Shown one piece after another: positions 41,862 through 51,375 of a DNA stretch of 54,036 nucleotides; position 1 is the first letter of the stretch; each line of letters begins with the position of its first letter. Below the pieces are notes generated by a model. The model saw only the letters and a list, made by a program, of their open reading frames with translations. It was not told where the DNA came from and did not search any database. The stretch is taken from NCBI GenBank assembly GCA_002010215.1, contig MTMY01000028.1, forward strand, positions 1 through 54,036. Direction: 5' to 3'. The stretch is from Archaeoglobus sp. JdFR-37. Its GTDB lineage: Archaea > Halobacteriota > Archaeoglobi > Archaeoglobales > Archaeoglobaceae. Both the position numbers and the translations under genes were made by a program.

Positions 41862-42638
41862 TTAAAGCCCCAGAACATCATCCATGCTATACATCCCCGG
41901 CTTGTCAACCTCAGCTATCCATCTGGCAGCTCTTATGGCTCCCCTTGAAAATGCCTCTCTGCTCTGGGCTCGGTGAGTTATCTCGACCCGCTCACCCATG
42001 CCAATGAAGTAGACTGTGTGCTCTCCCACAACATCTCCACCTCTGACGGCAAACACTCCTATCTCATCCCCTCTCAGCGCCTCACCTTCCCTGCCGAATA
42101 CAGTCTCTCTTTCACCAATCACCCTCTTGATGACCTCTGCTGCCTTTAATGCAGTTCCGCTGGGGGCATCTCTCTTGAAGCGATGGTGTATCTCCACTAT
42201 TTCCACATCATACCCCTTCAGTAGCTCTGCAGCCCTCTCGATGAGCTTCCAGAAAACGTTGACGCCAACACTGAAGTTGGGGGAAAGTACAATAGGAATG
42301 TCCTTGGAAATCTCCTCGATTTCCTCCTTCTGCTCCTGGGTGAAGCCAGTTGTGCCGACAACAGCCTTAACACCCTTGTCCTTGGCAGCCCTAAGAACGT
42401 TAAGCGCCCCATCAGGGACACTGAAGTCTATTACTATGTCTGCATCCAGCTTTTCTAGGTCTGAGGCACTGGTAATGGCGACACCAAGCTTTCCAACCCC
42501 TGCAACCTCTCCGGCATCCTCTCCGATTCTAGAAACATCAAATGCCTGAACAAGTTCGAGCTGGCCATCCTCAGAAACATTCTTTACAATCAGCCTCCCC
42601 ATCCGTCCGGCTGCGCCATTTACAGCTACCTTGATCAT
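41862..42638 (-). CDS. dapB: 4-hydroxy-tetrahydrodipicolinate reductase
   Basis: GAAGRMG, VGTTG, EIHHRFKRDAPSGTA. Confidence 0.96.
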   Translation of the reverse strand: MIKVAVNGAAGRMGRLIVKNVSEDGQLELVQAFDVSRIGEDAGEVAGVGKLGVAITSASDLEKLDADIVIDFSVPDGALNVLRAAKDKGVKAVVGTTGFTQEQKEEIEEISKDIPIVLSPNFSVGVNVFWKLIERAAELLKGYDVEIVEIHHRFKRDAPSGTALKAAEVIKRVIGERETVFGREGEALRGDEIGVFAVRGGDVVGEHTVYFIGMGERVEITHRAQSREAFSRGAIRAARWIAEVDKPGMYSMDDVLGL

Positions 42639-42717
42639 GGGTGAAAGTTGCTTTTATAGGATAAAAAATTGCCGTCTAAGTGGATGAGCTCGGATGAGTT
42701 TTAGATGAACTAGTGAG

Positions 42718-43584
42718 CTAGATGAGCTCCAGCGATCCAAGAACCGCCTTCAGCTTCTCAGTTTTCTCCTGACTCAGTTCAACCAGCGGAAGCCTCGGCT
42801 TTCCGGCAGCGAGACCCATAAGCTCCAGAGCCTTCTTGACGGGTATTGGGTTGGTATCTATGAAAAGAATGTCATAGAGCGGCATGAGCTTGTAATGCAG
42901 CTCCTTTGCCTTCTTAATATCTCCCTCTTTGAAGGCCTTGAACATCTCTTTCATGAGGTGGGGCGCAACATTTGCTGCCACGCTGATAACTCCCTTGCCT
43001 CCGATAAGGAGGATTGGGAGAGTCATGAAGTCATCGCCCGACAGGACGATAAAATCGTCGGGAGTTCTCTTTATGATCTCAGCAACCTGCTTCAGATTGC
43101 CGCTGGCCTCCTTAATGCCTATAACTCTCTCAATACTGGCCAGCCTTTCAACAGTTTCAGGTGTCGTGTTTATTCCGGTTCTGCTGGGAACATTGTATAC
43201 GATTACCGGAATGGAGATAGCATCGCTTATGGCCTTATAATGCCTGAAGAGCCCTTCGGGATTGGGCTTATTGTAGTAAGGAGTTACAAACATCGCAGCT
43301 GTTGCTCCGGCTTTTTCAGCCTCTTTTGCCAGGAATAGTGCTTCTCTTGTGGAGTTTGACCCGGCTCCAGCGATAACGGGAACGCTGGCAACATCACAGA
43401 CATATCTAACCACTTCTACATGCTCCTCATGGCTGAGGGTTGCTGCCTCACCGGTGGTGCCTGCCGGTACAACAGCATCCACATACTTCTCCAGGTAATC
43501 CAGATTCCTAGCTATCCCTTCAAAATCTACATCGAAATTTTCCTTAAAGGGTGTTACAAGGGCGGGAATTATGCCCTCAAACAT
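42718..43584 (-). CDS. dapA: 4-hydroxy-tetrahydrodipicolinate synthase
   Basis: [29 protein letters not shown]. Confidence 0.96.
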   Translation of the reverse strand: MFEGIIPALVTPFKENFDVDFEGIARNLDYLEKYVDAVVPAGTTGEAATLSHEEHVEVVRYVCDVASVPVIAGAGSNSTREALFLAKEAEKAGATAAMFVTPYYNKPNPEGLFRHYKAISDAISIPVIVYNVPSRTGINTTPETVERLASIERVIGIKEASGNLKQVAEIIKRTPDDFIVLSGDDFMTLPILLIGGKGVISVAANVAPHLMKEMFKAFKEGDIKKAKELHYKLMPLYDILFIDTNPIPVKKALELMGLAAGKPRLPLVELSQEKTEKLKAVLGSLELI

Positions 43585-43774
43585 CCACCAACCCTCTGTT
43601 TACTCTTCTTGTTATATATCCAGCTACCCTATTCCTGATTCTCTTGCTGGTTATATTTGTGAACTGGGCAACTAGCTCTTTATTCTGCTTAAAGTCTCCA
43701 GTAAATGTATCTGGATACCTCCTCAGCAGCTCCAGAGCTATTACCTTGATGTAAGCAGGTTTTACCGTACCCAT
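43577..43774 (-). CDS. rps17e: 30S ribosomal protein S17e
   Basis: [28 protein letters not shown]. Confidence 0.95.
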   Translation of the reverse strand: MGTVKPAYIKVIALELLRRYPDTFTGDFKQNKELVAQFTNITSKRIRNRVAGYITRRVNRGLVDV

Positions 43775-43877
43775 AGCAACACCTCCCTGAGAAAAGGGAC
43801 TATGTATCTTATTTAAGCTTTGCGTGTAGATAAATTACAACTACTTTACAACTACCCTGCCCCTCCCTTAAGCTTTT

Positions 43878-43919
43878 TCAGCCCACCCACCTAGCTCCTC
43901 CTCCATCCCTGATCTTCAT
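43878..43919 (-). CDS. Putative 13-aa micropeptide MKIRDGGGARWVG
   Basis: ATG AAG ATC AGG GAT GGA GGA GGA GCT AGG TGG GTG GGC TGA; paralog of 23172 and 49267. Confidence 0.58.
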   Translation of the reverse strand: MKIRDGGGARWVG

Positions 43920-43955
43920 TTCAAGTTTTGATAATCATCAGAGTATACTGTCTGT

Positions 43956-43991
43956 ATGAAGCTTGGAGACGAGTGGAGGGATAAATGTTGA
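43956..43991 (+). CDS. Putative micropeptide MKLGDEWRDKC, short variant of the same family
   Basis: ATG AAG CTT GGA GAC GAG TGG AGG GAT AAA TGT TGA; 12-nt gap relative to full copies; divergent from 43919. Confidence 0.35.
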   Translation: MKLGDEWRDKC

Positions 43992-44042
43992 AATAGGGAA
44001 AGCAAACGCTAAAAAGCAGCATTAGCTTAAACATTAAAGCCA

Positions 44043-44075
44043 AAATAAAAGGTGGAAGCCCCGAAGCGGGCAGTT
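44043..44075 (-). terminator. Possible terminator after pan: short GC hairpin followed by a T-rich tract
   Basis: Minus strand GCCC-GCTTCG-GGGC then TTCCACCTTTTATTTT. Confidence 0.4.
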
Positions 44076-44102
44076 TCAGGTTTGAGCTTTAAGACGAATG
44101 TT

Positions 44103-45338
44103 TTAGACAAACATGACACCTTTAACTTCAGGAGCACCTCTGATATCTTTCTTGAGGACTTTTTCAACTGCTCTCAGGAAGTCATCCATTGTCACACTTG
44201 TGCGCTCTTCGCGTATGGCGAACATTCCTGCTTCTGTGACTATTGCTTTGATATCTGCACCGCTTGCACCTTCTGTAAGCCTTGCCAGTTCGTTGAAGTC
44301 GACGTCATCGCTGACCTTCATTTTTCTGGTATGGATCCTGAATATCTGGATTCTGCCTTCGATGTTGGGCATCGGGATCTCTATTATTCTGTCAAATCTT
44401 CCCGGCCTTAGTATTGCCGGATCCAGGATGTCTATTCTGTTCGTGGCACCTACGATCTTCACGTCACCTCTTGCATCAAATCCGTCCATTTCTGCTAGGA
44501 GCTGCATGAGGGTTCTCTGCACTTCCCTGTCACCGCTTGTATCGCTACTCGTTCTTCTTGCTGCTATTGCATCCAGCTCATCGATGAACAGTATTGTGGG
44601 TGACTTCTCTCTCGCAAGCTGGAAGACCTCTCTGACAAGTCTGGCACCCTCGCCTATAAACTTCTGGACGAACTCACTGCCGACAACTCTTATAAATGTT
44701 GCATTTGTATGGGTTGCCACGGCTTTCGCCATGAGAGTTTTTCCTGTTCCTGGTGGGCCAAAGAGGAGAACGCCCTTTGGCGGATCAATGCCAATTTCTG
44801 CAAACAGCTCTGGCTTCAGCAGAGGAAGCTCGACAGCCTCCCTGATCTCTTCAATTTGCTTATCAAGTCCACCTATGTCTCCATAGGTAATCCCCGGCTT
44901 CTCCTCAACTTCGAAGCCGTATACCATTGGATCCTTGGGTGTTGGGAGGACGCTGACCACTGCAAGAGTCTGCTGATTCAACGCAACCCTTGCACCGGGC
45001 TTAAGCTCGTCTGGATTTATATATTGAGAGGTGTGAACAACGAATTTCGGGCCGGTTGAGCTTTTCACAACAACTTTCCCATCAGTAAGGATGTCGGAAA
45101 CAGTTCCGACGATTAAAGGTGGTGAGCGTAATCTTTCAATCTCGCTTCTAAGTCTTCTAACTTCACGTTCATATCTTATTCTTTCACTTTCAACGAATCT
45201 TTTTTCATCTTCAAGGCGGCGATAAAGTTCTTTAAGCCTTCTATACTCTTCTTCAAGCTGCTTTAACCTGTCAAGCAAGTACTCTGCCATATCCACATTT
45301 TCCTTCATGTCCTTGAACTCAACTTCGTCACTCCCCAC
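44103..45338 (-). CDS. pan: Proteasome-activating nucleotidase
   Basis: N-terminal coiled coil, OB domain (SPPLIVG), [22 protein letters not shown]-terminal HbYX-like MFV. Confidence 0.96.
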   Translation of the reverse strand: MGSDEVEFKDMKENVDMAEYLLDRLKQLEEEYRRLKELYRRLEDEKRFVESERIRYEREVRRLRSEIERLRSPPLIVGTVSDILTDGKVVVKSSTGPKFVVHTSQYINPDELKPGARVALNQQTLAVVSVLPTPKDPMVYGFEVEEKPGITYGDIGGLDKQIEEIREAVELPLLKPELFAEIGIDPPKGVLLFGPPGTGKTLMAKAVATHTNATFIRVVGSEFVQKFIGEGARLVREVFQLAREKSPTILFIDELDAIAARRTSSDTSGDREVQRTLMQLLAEMDGFDARGDVKIVGATNRIDILDPAILRPGRFDRIIEIPMPNIEGRIQIFRIHTRKMKVSDDVDFNELARLTEGASGADIKAIVTEAGMFAIREERTSVTMDDFLRAVEKVLKKDIRGAPEVKGVMFV

Positions 45339-45399
45339 TTCGGGACCTCCAAATATATTTAAATTGCAACTACTATAAGAAGTTATTGGAGGTTAGAAA

Positions 45400-45867
45400 G
45401 TGGAGTGCGAGGTCTGCGGAAAGGAAATAAAGGGAAAAGGCTTCAAAGTCATTGTAGAAGGCAGTGAAATTACAGTCTGCCCCTCCTGTAAAGATTTCGG
45501 CACTGAAAAACCTTTTGAGAGAATACAGCAGCGGGGCATTTCTGTTGTGGTAAAGAGAAAATCAAGACCTGGTAAAATAGAGTTTACTGAGGAGCTTCTA
45601 GAGAACTACAACCAAATAGTGAGGAGAGAGAGGGAGAAGAGGGGATGGAGTCAGGAAGATCTGGCTAAAAAGATTCAGGAGAAAGCCACTTTGATAAAGA
45701 AGATTGAAAATAAAGAGCTTGCACCTGAACCTGAAGTCATCAAAAAACTGGAGCGACTTTTCAATATCAAGCTCACCGAGAAGGTTCCGGAAGTTAAGGT
45801 GGAAACAAGGAAGTTTGGTACTCCGACTCTGGGCGATGTAGTTGTGATAAAGAGGAAAAAGAGCTGA
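45400..45867 (+). CDS. mbf1: Archaeal multiprotein-bridging factor 1 (Zn ribbon plus HTH)
   Basis: CEVCG...CPSC, RE.RGWSQEDLA..I.EK, TLGDVV; divergent from pan. Confidence 0.92.
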   Translation: MECEVCGKEIKGKGFKVIVEGSEITVCPSCKDFGTEKPFERIQQRGISVVVKRKSRPGKIEFTEELLENYNQIVRREREKRGWSQEDLAKKIQEKATLIKKIENKELAPEPEVIKKLERLFNIKLTEKVPEVKVETRKFGTPTLGDVVVIKRKKS

Positions 45868-45908
45868 AGAGCTGTATTAAGAGCTGAATTCATGGGCTGA
45901 ATGAGCTG

Positions 45909-47063
45909 ATGATAGCTGAAGAAGTTGAGAAAGCTGCAAAGCTTATAAAAAAGGGCATCCAGCGGGATGCAATTCTGAAGAGGATCAGGGGATATTCCCC
46001 TCTTACAAAAGAAGATATTTTTGAAATTGCAAAGGCCAGAATACGAGCAGCGGGAAAATTTGGTGAGCTCACAAATAAGCTCTTTTTTGATGAGGAAGGT
46101 CTCAGATATGCGACTCCTGAAATTGTGGCAAGATACAGAGCAGATCGGCTTAAATGTGGAATAATAGCGGATGTTAGCTGTGGAGCTGGAGCCCAGCTAG
46201 TCTTTTTTGGACTGACGTGTGAAAAAGTATACGGCGTTGAAATCGACAGGAAAAGAGCTTTCCTTGCCATGCTGAATGCAAAGCAACTCGGCCTTGGCAA
46301 TGTGGAAATTATTGTGGGGGATGCCCTTGAAGATGCCACCATCAGAAAAGTTTCTGATGCTGAAATAATATTCTCAGACCCTGCCAGACCGCCAAGCGAA
46401 GAAATCAGGACTATGGAAAATCTATTCCCAAATCCCCTGAAAGTTTATGAGAAATATAGGGAAGTGACTTCGGAAATGGCCTTCGAACTCCCGCCTCAAA
46501 TGCCTCCTGAAAGGGTTAAACTGAGTGGACTAAGTGGTGAGAAGGAGTATGTCTCTCTGAATTTCAAACTCAACCGCATGGCTCTCTATACAGGTGAGCT
46601 GGCAGAACATGATGTTTCAGCAGTATCTCTGCCTTCTGAGGAGAGGATTACCAGTGAAGACGAGAGAATAAAGCTTGAGAGAGGGGAACTGAGAAATTTC
46701 CTCTACGAAGTTGATTATACTGTTGTGAAGGCATCGCTCCTCGAAAACTTGGCTGGGAAACTTGGCTTTGATGGCATACTCGTTGAGCAGGACAGTCGGA
46801 GAGTTCTGCTGTCGAGCAATGAGGAGTACAGCAGCGATTTTCTGAGAAGGTATGAGGTGCTGGATGTTGTGCCCTTCTCTACCTCTGAAATAAACAGAAA
46901 GCTGAGAAAGCTGGGAGCGAGGAAAGTAACCCTGAGGTTCTCTTTAAGCCCTAAGGAATACTGGGAAGTGAGAAAGAAGATGGAAGAAGGTTTAAAGGGT
47001 GAAAAATGGTTTTATCTGTTCAGGATAGGGAAAAAAGGTGTTATAGCTGAGCCAATCAGATAG
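45909..47063 (+). CDS. Class I SAM-dependent methyltransferase with THUMP-like C-terminus, putative RNA methyltransferase
   Basis: GLRYATP, ADVSCGAG, GVEID, GDAL, FSDPARP. Confidence 0.75.
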   Translation: MIAEEVEKAAKLIKKGIQRDAILKRIRGYSPLTKEDIFEIAKARIRAAGKFGELTNKLFFDEEGLRYATPEIVARYRADRLKCGIIADVSCGAGAQLVFFGLTCEKVYGVEIDRKRAFLAMLNAKQLGLGNVEIIVGDALEDATIRKVSDAEIIFSDPARPPSEEIRTMENLFPNPLKVYEKYREVTSEMAFELPPQMPPERVKLSGLSGEKEYVSLNFKLNRMALYTGELAEHDVSAVSLPSEERITSEDERIKLERGELRNFLYEVDYTVVKASLLENLAGKLGFDGILVEQDSRRVLLSSNEEYSSDFLRRYEVLDVVPFSTSEINRKLRKLGARKVTLRFSLSPKEYWEVRKKMEEGLKGEKWFYLFRIGKKGVIAEPIR

Positions 47064-48489
47064 CTCTCCAGCGTGTGCCTTTAGGCGTGTCTATCAACTG
47101 AATACTCCTCTTTCTGAACTCATCTCTTATGGCATCCGCCTTCTGGAAGTCTTTCATCTTTCTAGCCTCTTCTCTTTCCCTTATCTGTCTAACATCTTCT
47201 TCGGAGAGAATGGGGACCCTTTTGTATTTCTCGAAAAGACCTAGAATGTTGCAGAGGCGGATGAATGTATGGAAAGCGTTTTGCAGCGATTTCTTGAAAA
47301 TTCTAGAAGTGCTGCCTGAAATCATGCGGTTTATGTAAGTTGAAGCCTCATGGAGGATAGCCAGAGCTTTTGGCGTGTTAAAATCGTCCTCCATTGCTTG
47401 GACAAATCTTTTTTCGTACTCATCTAGGTTTATTGTTTCACCAGTTTTCTCGCCATCTTCAGCAAATTCTCCAAAAGTTTCCATGTATGCAAGCTCCATG
47501 TCCATGAGCTGAACAGTGTTGAGCAACGCTTCGTAGGATCTCTTTGCCCTCTCCATGGCGTCTTGGCTGTAATCAAGGGGGGTTCTGTAGTGGGCTGAGA
47601 GCAGAAAATAGCGGAGGACTTCACCTCCAAACTTCTCCACAACATCTCTTATCCTTACTATGTTTCCAAGGCTCTTGCTCATTTTCTCCCCTTCAATGGT
47701 GACAAAATCATTGTGAATCCAATAGCGGACAGGTTCAACTCCGTAGAGGGCGTAGCTCTGTGCCCTCTCGTTTTCATGATGAGGGAAGATTAAGTCTTTC
47801 CCGCCTCCATGGATGTCAAAGGGGGTGCCTAGGTATTTTGTTGAAAGCACGCTGCACTCAATGTGCCACCCCGGCCTCCCCTCACCCCAAGGAGAATCAA
47901 AGACTGCTTTAGCCTTTAAATCATCATCTTTTGCAGCTTTCCAGAGGGCAAAATCCTTCACATCTTTTTTGCGAGGGTCAGGTTCAATTCTGTGTCTGTT
48001 CAGCTCATCCAGACTCATTCCAGAAAGCTTACCGTAGGTCTCGAAACTGGGAACGTGGAAATAAACGTCTTTGCCATTCTCGGACCCAACCTCATAAGCA
48101 TATCCTGCCTCCACGAGCTTCATTACAGCCTCAATAATTTCCTGGATGTGCTCTGTAACCTTCGGATGATATGTCGCTCTTCTGACGTTAAGTTCCTCCA
48201 TATCTTTGAAGAATTCTTCTATGAACTTATCAGCTACCTCTTTCTGTGTCTTACCCTCTTCAACAGCCCTCCTGATTATTTTATCGTCAACATCGGTGAA
48301 ATTCTGGACATAGATGACTTTGTGGCCTTTATACTCCAGAAAGCGCCTGACTGTGTCGAAGAAAACAGCACTTCGGGCATGACCGATATGGGAGTAATCA
48401 TAAGCGGTTATGCCGCAAACATACATCTTAACAGTCTCATTAAATTCAATATCCTCGTATCCTTTTTTTATGGTGTTGTAAATGCGCAT
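47056..48489 (-). CDS. cysS: Cysteinyl-tRNA synthetase (class I)
   Basis: MYVCGITAY..SHIGH, GRPGWHIEC, HGGG.DLIFPHHENE, KMSKS. Confidence 0.96.
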   Translation of the reverse strand: MRIYNTIKKGYEDIEFNETVKMYVCGITAYDYSHIGHARSAVFFDTVRRFLEYKGHKVIYVQNFTDVDDKIIRRAVEEGKTQKEVADKFIEEFFKDMEELNVRRATYHPKVTEHIQEIIEAVMKLVEAGYAYEVGSENGKDVYFHVPSFETYGKLSGMSLDELNRHRIEPDPRKKDVKDFALWKAAKDDDLKAKAVFDSPWGEGRPGWHIECSVLSTKYLGTPFDIHGGGKDLIFPHHENERAQSYALYGVEPVRYWIHNDFVTIEGEKMSKSLGNIVRIRDVVEKFGGEVLRYFLLSAHYRTPLDYSQDAMERAKRSYEALLNTVQLMDMELAYMETFGEFAEDGEKTGETINLDEYEKRFVQAMEDDFNTPKALAILHEASTYINRMISGSTSRIFKKSLQNAFHTFIRLCNILGLFEKYKRVPILSEEDVRQIREREEARKMKDFQKADAIRDEFRKRSIQLIDTPKGTRWRAI

Positions 48490-48591
48490 GGAAAAATGCC
48501 TGAATCACTCTTAATTTTATTTTCGGATTTATCAGATTTATCGGGGAATTATCTGAAAATACTCCAGATCAAAATCCAGTAAGCTTTTAAA

Positions 48592-49215
48592 ATGAGAATA
48601 GCTAGCAAAATTGTGGAAAAAATCAGGAATGCAATTTCAGAAAGAGTCCACAATGTAAGGATATACTGCCAGATGACAGATATAGCTTCTATTTCCAGAA
48701 GGTATTTCGTTATCGGGTTCTTTGACGGGGTTCTTACGATTCTCGGGATGGTGATGGGAGCTCATTTAAGTGGTAAATCGTCTCCTGAGCTTATACTTAC
48801 AGCAGGGGTTGCCACGGCTCTCGCACTCGGCATATCAAGTGGCTGGGGCGCCTATGAGGCAGAGAGAGTGGAACAGACATTAGAAGCAGATGAAAAAAGG
48901 AAAATGCTGCTTAGGGATACAAAAGGGTGTACAATTGATAGAGCTCACGCGTTTGCAACTTACGTCAGCTCTATTGTTCACGCTATAGCTCCAATTCCGG
49001 CGGCGATAGTTCCTCTCTCCCCGTATCTTTTCCTCCCACCTGACGAGGCCTTCAAAGCAACAATGCTCGTAGGTTTCTCCCTTCTGTTTTTAGTGGGGAC
49101 GATGATGGGTAGAATAGCTAGACGAAACATCCTAATTTCTGGGTTGAGAATGGTTATTGCCGGATTGCTTACCCTCGCTCTGGTTACACTTTTGAGTCCA
49201 AGCCACGTGGTTTAA
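48592..49215 (+). CDS. VIT1/CCC1-family membrane protein
   Basis: RRYFVIGFFDGVLT.LG, ALGISSGWGAYEAERVE, TM helices. Confidence 0.8.
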   Translation: MRIASKIVEKIRNAISERVHNVRIYCQMTDIASISRRYFVIGFFDGVLTILGMVMGAHLSGKSSPELILTAGVATALALGISSGWGAYEAERVEQTLEADEKRKMLLRDTKGCTIDRAHAFATYVSSIVHAIAPIPAAIVPLSPYLFLPPDEAFKATMLVGFSLLFLVGTMMGRIARRNILISGLRMVIAGLLTLALVTLLSPSHVV

Positions 49216-49266
49216 TTGGATGTTGAGAATCGCAGTGCCTTAATCCGCCTTCACATTTCTTAGTCT

Positions 49267-49308
49267 TTATCCCCTCCACCCTGCCCCTCCGCCGTCCCTG
49301 AGTTTCAT
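49267..49308 (-). CDS. Putative 13-aa micropeptide MKLRDGGGAGWRG
   Basis: ATG AAA CTC AGG GAC GGC GGA GGG GCA GGG TGG AGG GGA TAA; paralog of 23172 and 43878. Confidence 0.58.
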   Translation of the reverse strand: MKLRDGGGAGWRG

Positions 49309-49399
49309 TAAACATATTTGCCTATTTGTCACTAGGTAAAAACTCGTAAAAACCCTAATCAACATCTCAAAATCAAAAATAAAAAGAAAAATCCGGAAT

Positions 49400-51013
49400 T
49401 TAAGCTTCCTGGGTTAGCTCCACACAGTATTTCTGAACAACTTCCTCGCTGTCGGGCTTTGTGAGCAGTGAGACGACGATGAACAGCAGGAAGCCTGCTG
49501 GAATTGCCCATACTTGGTGTGGTGTGACCAGCTTTGTGCCAAGCACGTCGTTCAGGAAGAACCATGCGTGGTGGCCCAGCACGTACTTTGCCTTCAGCCA
49601 AGCGTAGAGGTGGAGCACGAACATAACAATTGCTGTAACCCAGGTGGCAGTTCTGTTGGCGCGCTTCCACCAGAGACCCAGAATCAGGCTAGGACCAATG
49701 GATGCTATGATGACAACGAAGGCCCATCCGCTGAGGTCAAGGACAAGAGCTGGCGGGTTGAAGGCTATGAACATACCTACTAGCAGGAAGACTACTGAGA
49801 CTGTTCTTGCCACCATCACGGGGTCCTCTTTGGCTTTTTTGATGCCAAGAAGCATGTCGAACCAATCTCTTGTGACGATGGTGTTGACCACCATTACCCA
49901 TCCGGCAGCTGTTGACATGGCTATGGCAAGACCTCCAGCCACCAGAATGCCCAGAATTATTGGGTTGTTTAGGGCTTCAACTGCAGCAATCATTGAATAG
50001 TCGGTTACGGTTCCAACTCCGTAAGTTTTCTGAATGGATGCCAGCACAAGAACTGCCAGAGGCTTCTTTAGCTCTGCAGCCTTCGCTGCAAGCTCCGGAG
50101 TAGCCAGTGGGTGGTATTTCTCGATCATAACCTTTGAGGCTGCACCTATAATCTGAAGTGCAACGTAGAAGATTCCAGCGAAGAGGGAAGTCCAGAATAT
50201 ACTCCTTCTGGCAGTCTTTATGTCCATGGTGGTGAAGAACCTAACGACTGTATATGGCATGGTTGCGAAACCGAAATGCCAAACGAAATACCATCCCATA
50301 ACTGCAAGCCAGGTACCCACGAAGGGGTGGGGCGGAGCAGCATCACTGGCAGTGTTGAAGAACTTGGGGTTGTTCTCAAGGATTGCCTGATGTAGAGCAC
50401 CAAATCCTCCAAGTTTTATTGCTATACCAATTGCTGCAACAACCGCTGCCACAGTCATCAAAGCTGCTTGAAATGCTGCGTTCCAGCTTGTGGCAATCAT
50501 TCCTCCGTAGTAGACGTAGAATACGACGATGAGGGTTCCTATTATCACTCCGTAGATGTAAGGCAGCTTCAGAATTGCCAACAGGAACAGCGCCATACCC
50601 ACGATTGACAGGGTTATGTAGAGAATGGCTCCGAAGACAACTATGAGTCCTATAACCCATCTCAGCCTCTGGTCGTTGTACCTATCAGCATAGTAGTCTG
50701 CAAAGCTTGTCGGAGCGTATTTACGCAGTGCGGCAGCAGTCAGCAGCGTTGCAAGGGGCATTCCTGCGATGATGGCCATCATTGCCCACCAGAACGGGTA
50801 GCCGAGGATGAACACGAAAGCTGGAAGTCCAAGCATGGAAGCTGGGCTAAGATACGTTGATTCAAGAGCCAGTCCGTTAACGATGCTACCTATCTGCCTT
50901 CCTGCGAGGTAATAATCTGTTGCACTCTTCATTCTCTGTTTAGAATACCAACCTATGGCTATAACACCGATGAAATACAGAACAGTTATACCGGCAACAA
51001 TAGGATCTACCAC
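49400..51013 (-). CDS. Sodium:solute symporter (SSS), ActP/MctP-like monocarboxylate transporter
   Basis: DYYLAGR, NGLA..STYLSPAS.LG, GGMIATSW, RFFT, LAIAMSTAAG, GLWWKRAN; start placed at GTG 51013 behind GGAGGTG. Confidence 0.88.
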   Translation of the reverse strand: MVDPIVAGITVLYFIGVIAIGWYSKQRMKSATDYYLAGRQIGSIVNGLALESTYLSPASMLGLPAFVFILGYPFWWAMMAIIAGMPLATLLTAAALRKYAPTSFADYYADRYNDQRLRWVIGLIVVFGAILYITLSIVGMALFLLAILKLPYIYGVIIGTLIVVFYVYYGGMIATSWNAAFQAALMTVAAVVAAIGIAIKLGGFGALHQAILENNPKFFNTASDAAPPHPFVGTWLAVMGWYFVWHFGFATMPYTVVRFFTTMDIKTARRSIFWTSLFAGIFYVALQIIGAASKVMIEKYHPLATPELAAKAAELKKPLAVLVLASIQKTYGVGTVTDYSMIAAVEALNNPIILGILVAGGLAIAMSTAAGWVMVVNTIVTRDWFDMLLGIKKAKEDPVMVARTVSVVFLLVGMFIAFNPPALVLDLSGWAFVVIIASIGPSLILGLWWKRANRTATWVTAIVMFVLHLYAWLKAKYVLGHHAWFFLNDVLGTKLVTPHQVWAIPAGFLLFIVVSLLTKPDSEEVVQKYCVELTQEA

Positions 51014-51038
51014 AACAACACCTCCTAACGACCCTCTA

Positions 51039-51269
51039 TTAGCCAGCTCTATTCTCTTCTGCCTTCTCTGGTATGTAGAAGTAAATGAACGCCACAATCG
51101 TCGGTATCAGGAAGGTCCCTATAAGTCCCGCGTATATCGTTGGAGCCAGAACTCCTCCACCAATATCCAAGTGGTTTATTCCCGCAATCGCCTCTAGGGC
51201 CCACATCAGAAATGTGTACCCGTACATCACCAATACTCCAAGCCAAAACACTTTAGGCGGCCATGGCAT
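51039..51269 (-). CDS. Small two-TM membrane protein, probable symporter accessory subunit (DUF485/DUF4212-like position)
   Basis: 76 aa, two hydrophobic helices, GAGGTGA RBS, directly upstream of the SSS gene. Confidence 0.7.
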   Translation of the reverse strand: MPWPPKVFWLGVLVMYGYTFLMWALEAIAGINHLDIGGGVLAPTIYAGLIGTFLIPTIVAFIYFYIPEKAEENRAG

Positions 51270-51375
51270 TACATCACCTCGTCCTTCACGACAAATAGTG
51301 AACTTTTAAATTTTTCTATTTGTAACTTATTGTGCTTATAAAAATCATAAAAATTAGTTTGTATGACTACAAATG

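Noticed and set aside
44050..44080. SECIS-like GAA plus GC hairpin after pan
   Set aside because: No in-frame TGA in neighbouring genes and a poor fit to the consensus; a terminator is more likely.
44113..44886. 257-aa plus-strand ORF and other long antisense ORFs (e.g. 42016-42549, 47992-48582, 30575-31165)
   Set aside because: They are shadows of well-supported genes on the opposite strand and carry no recognisable motifs.
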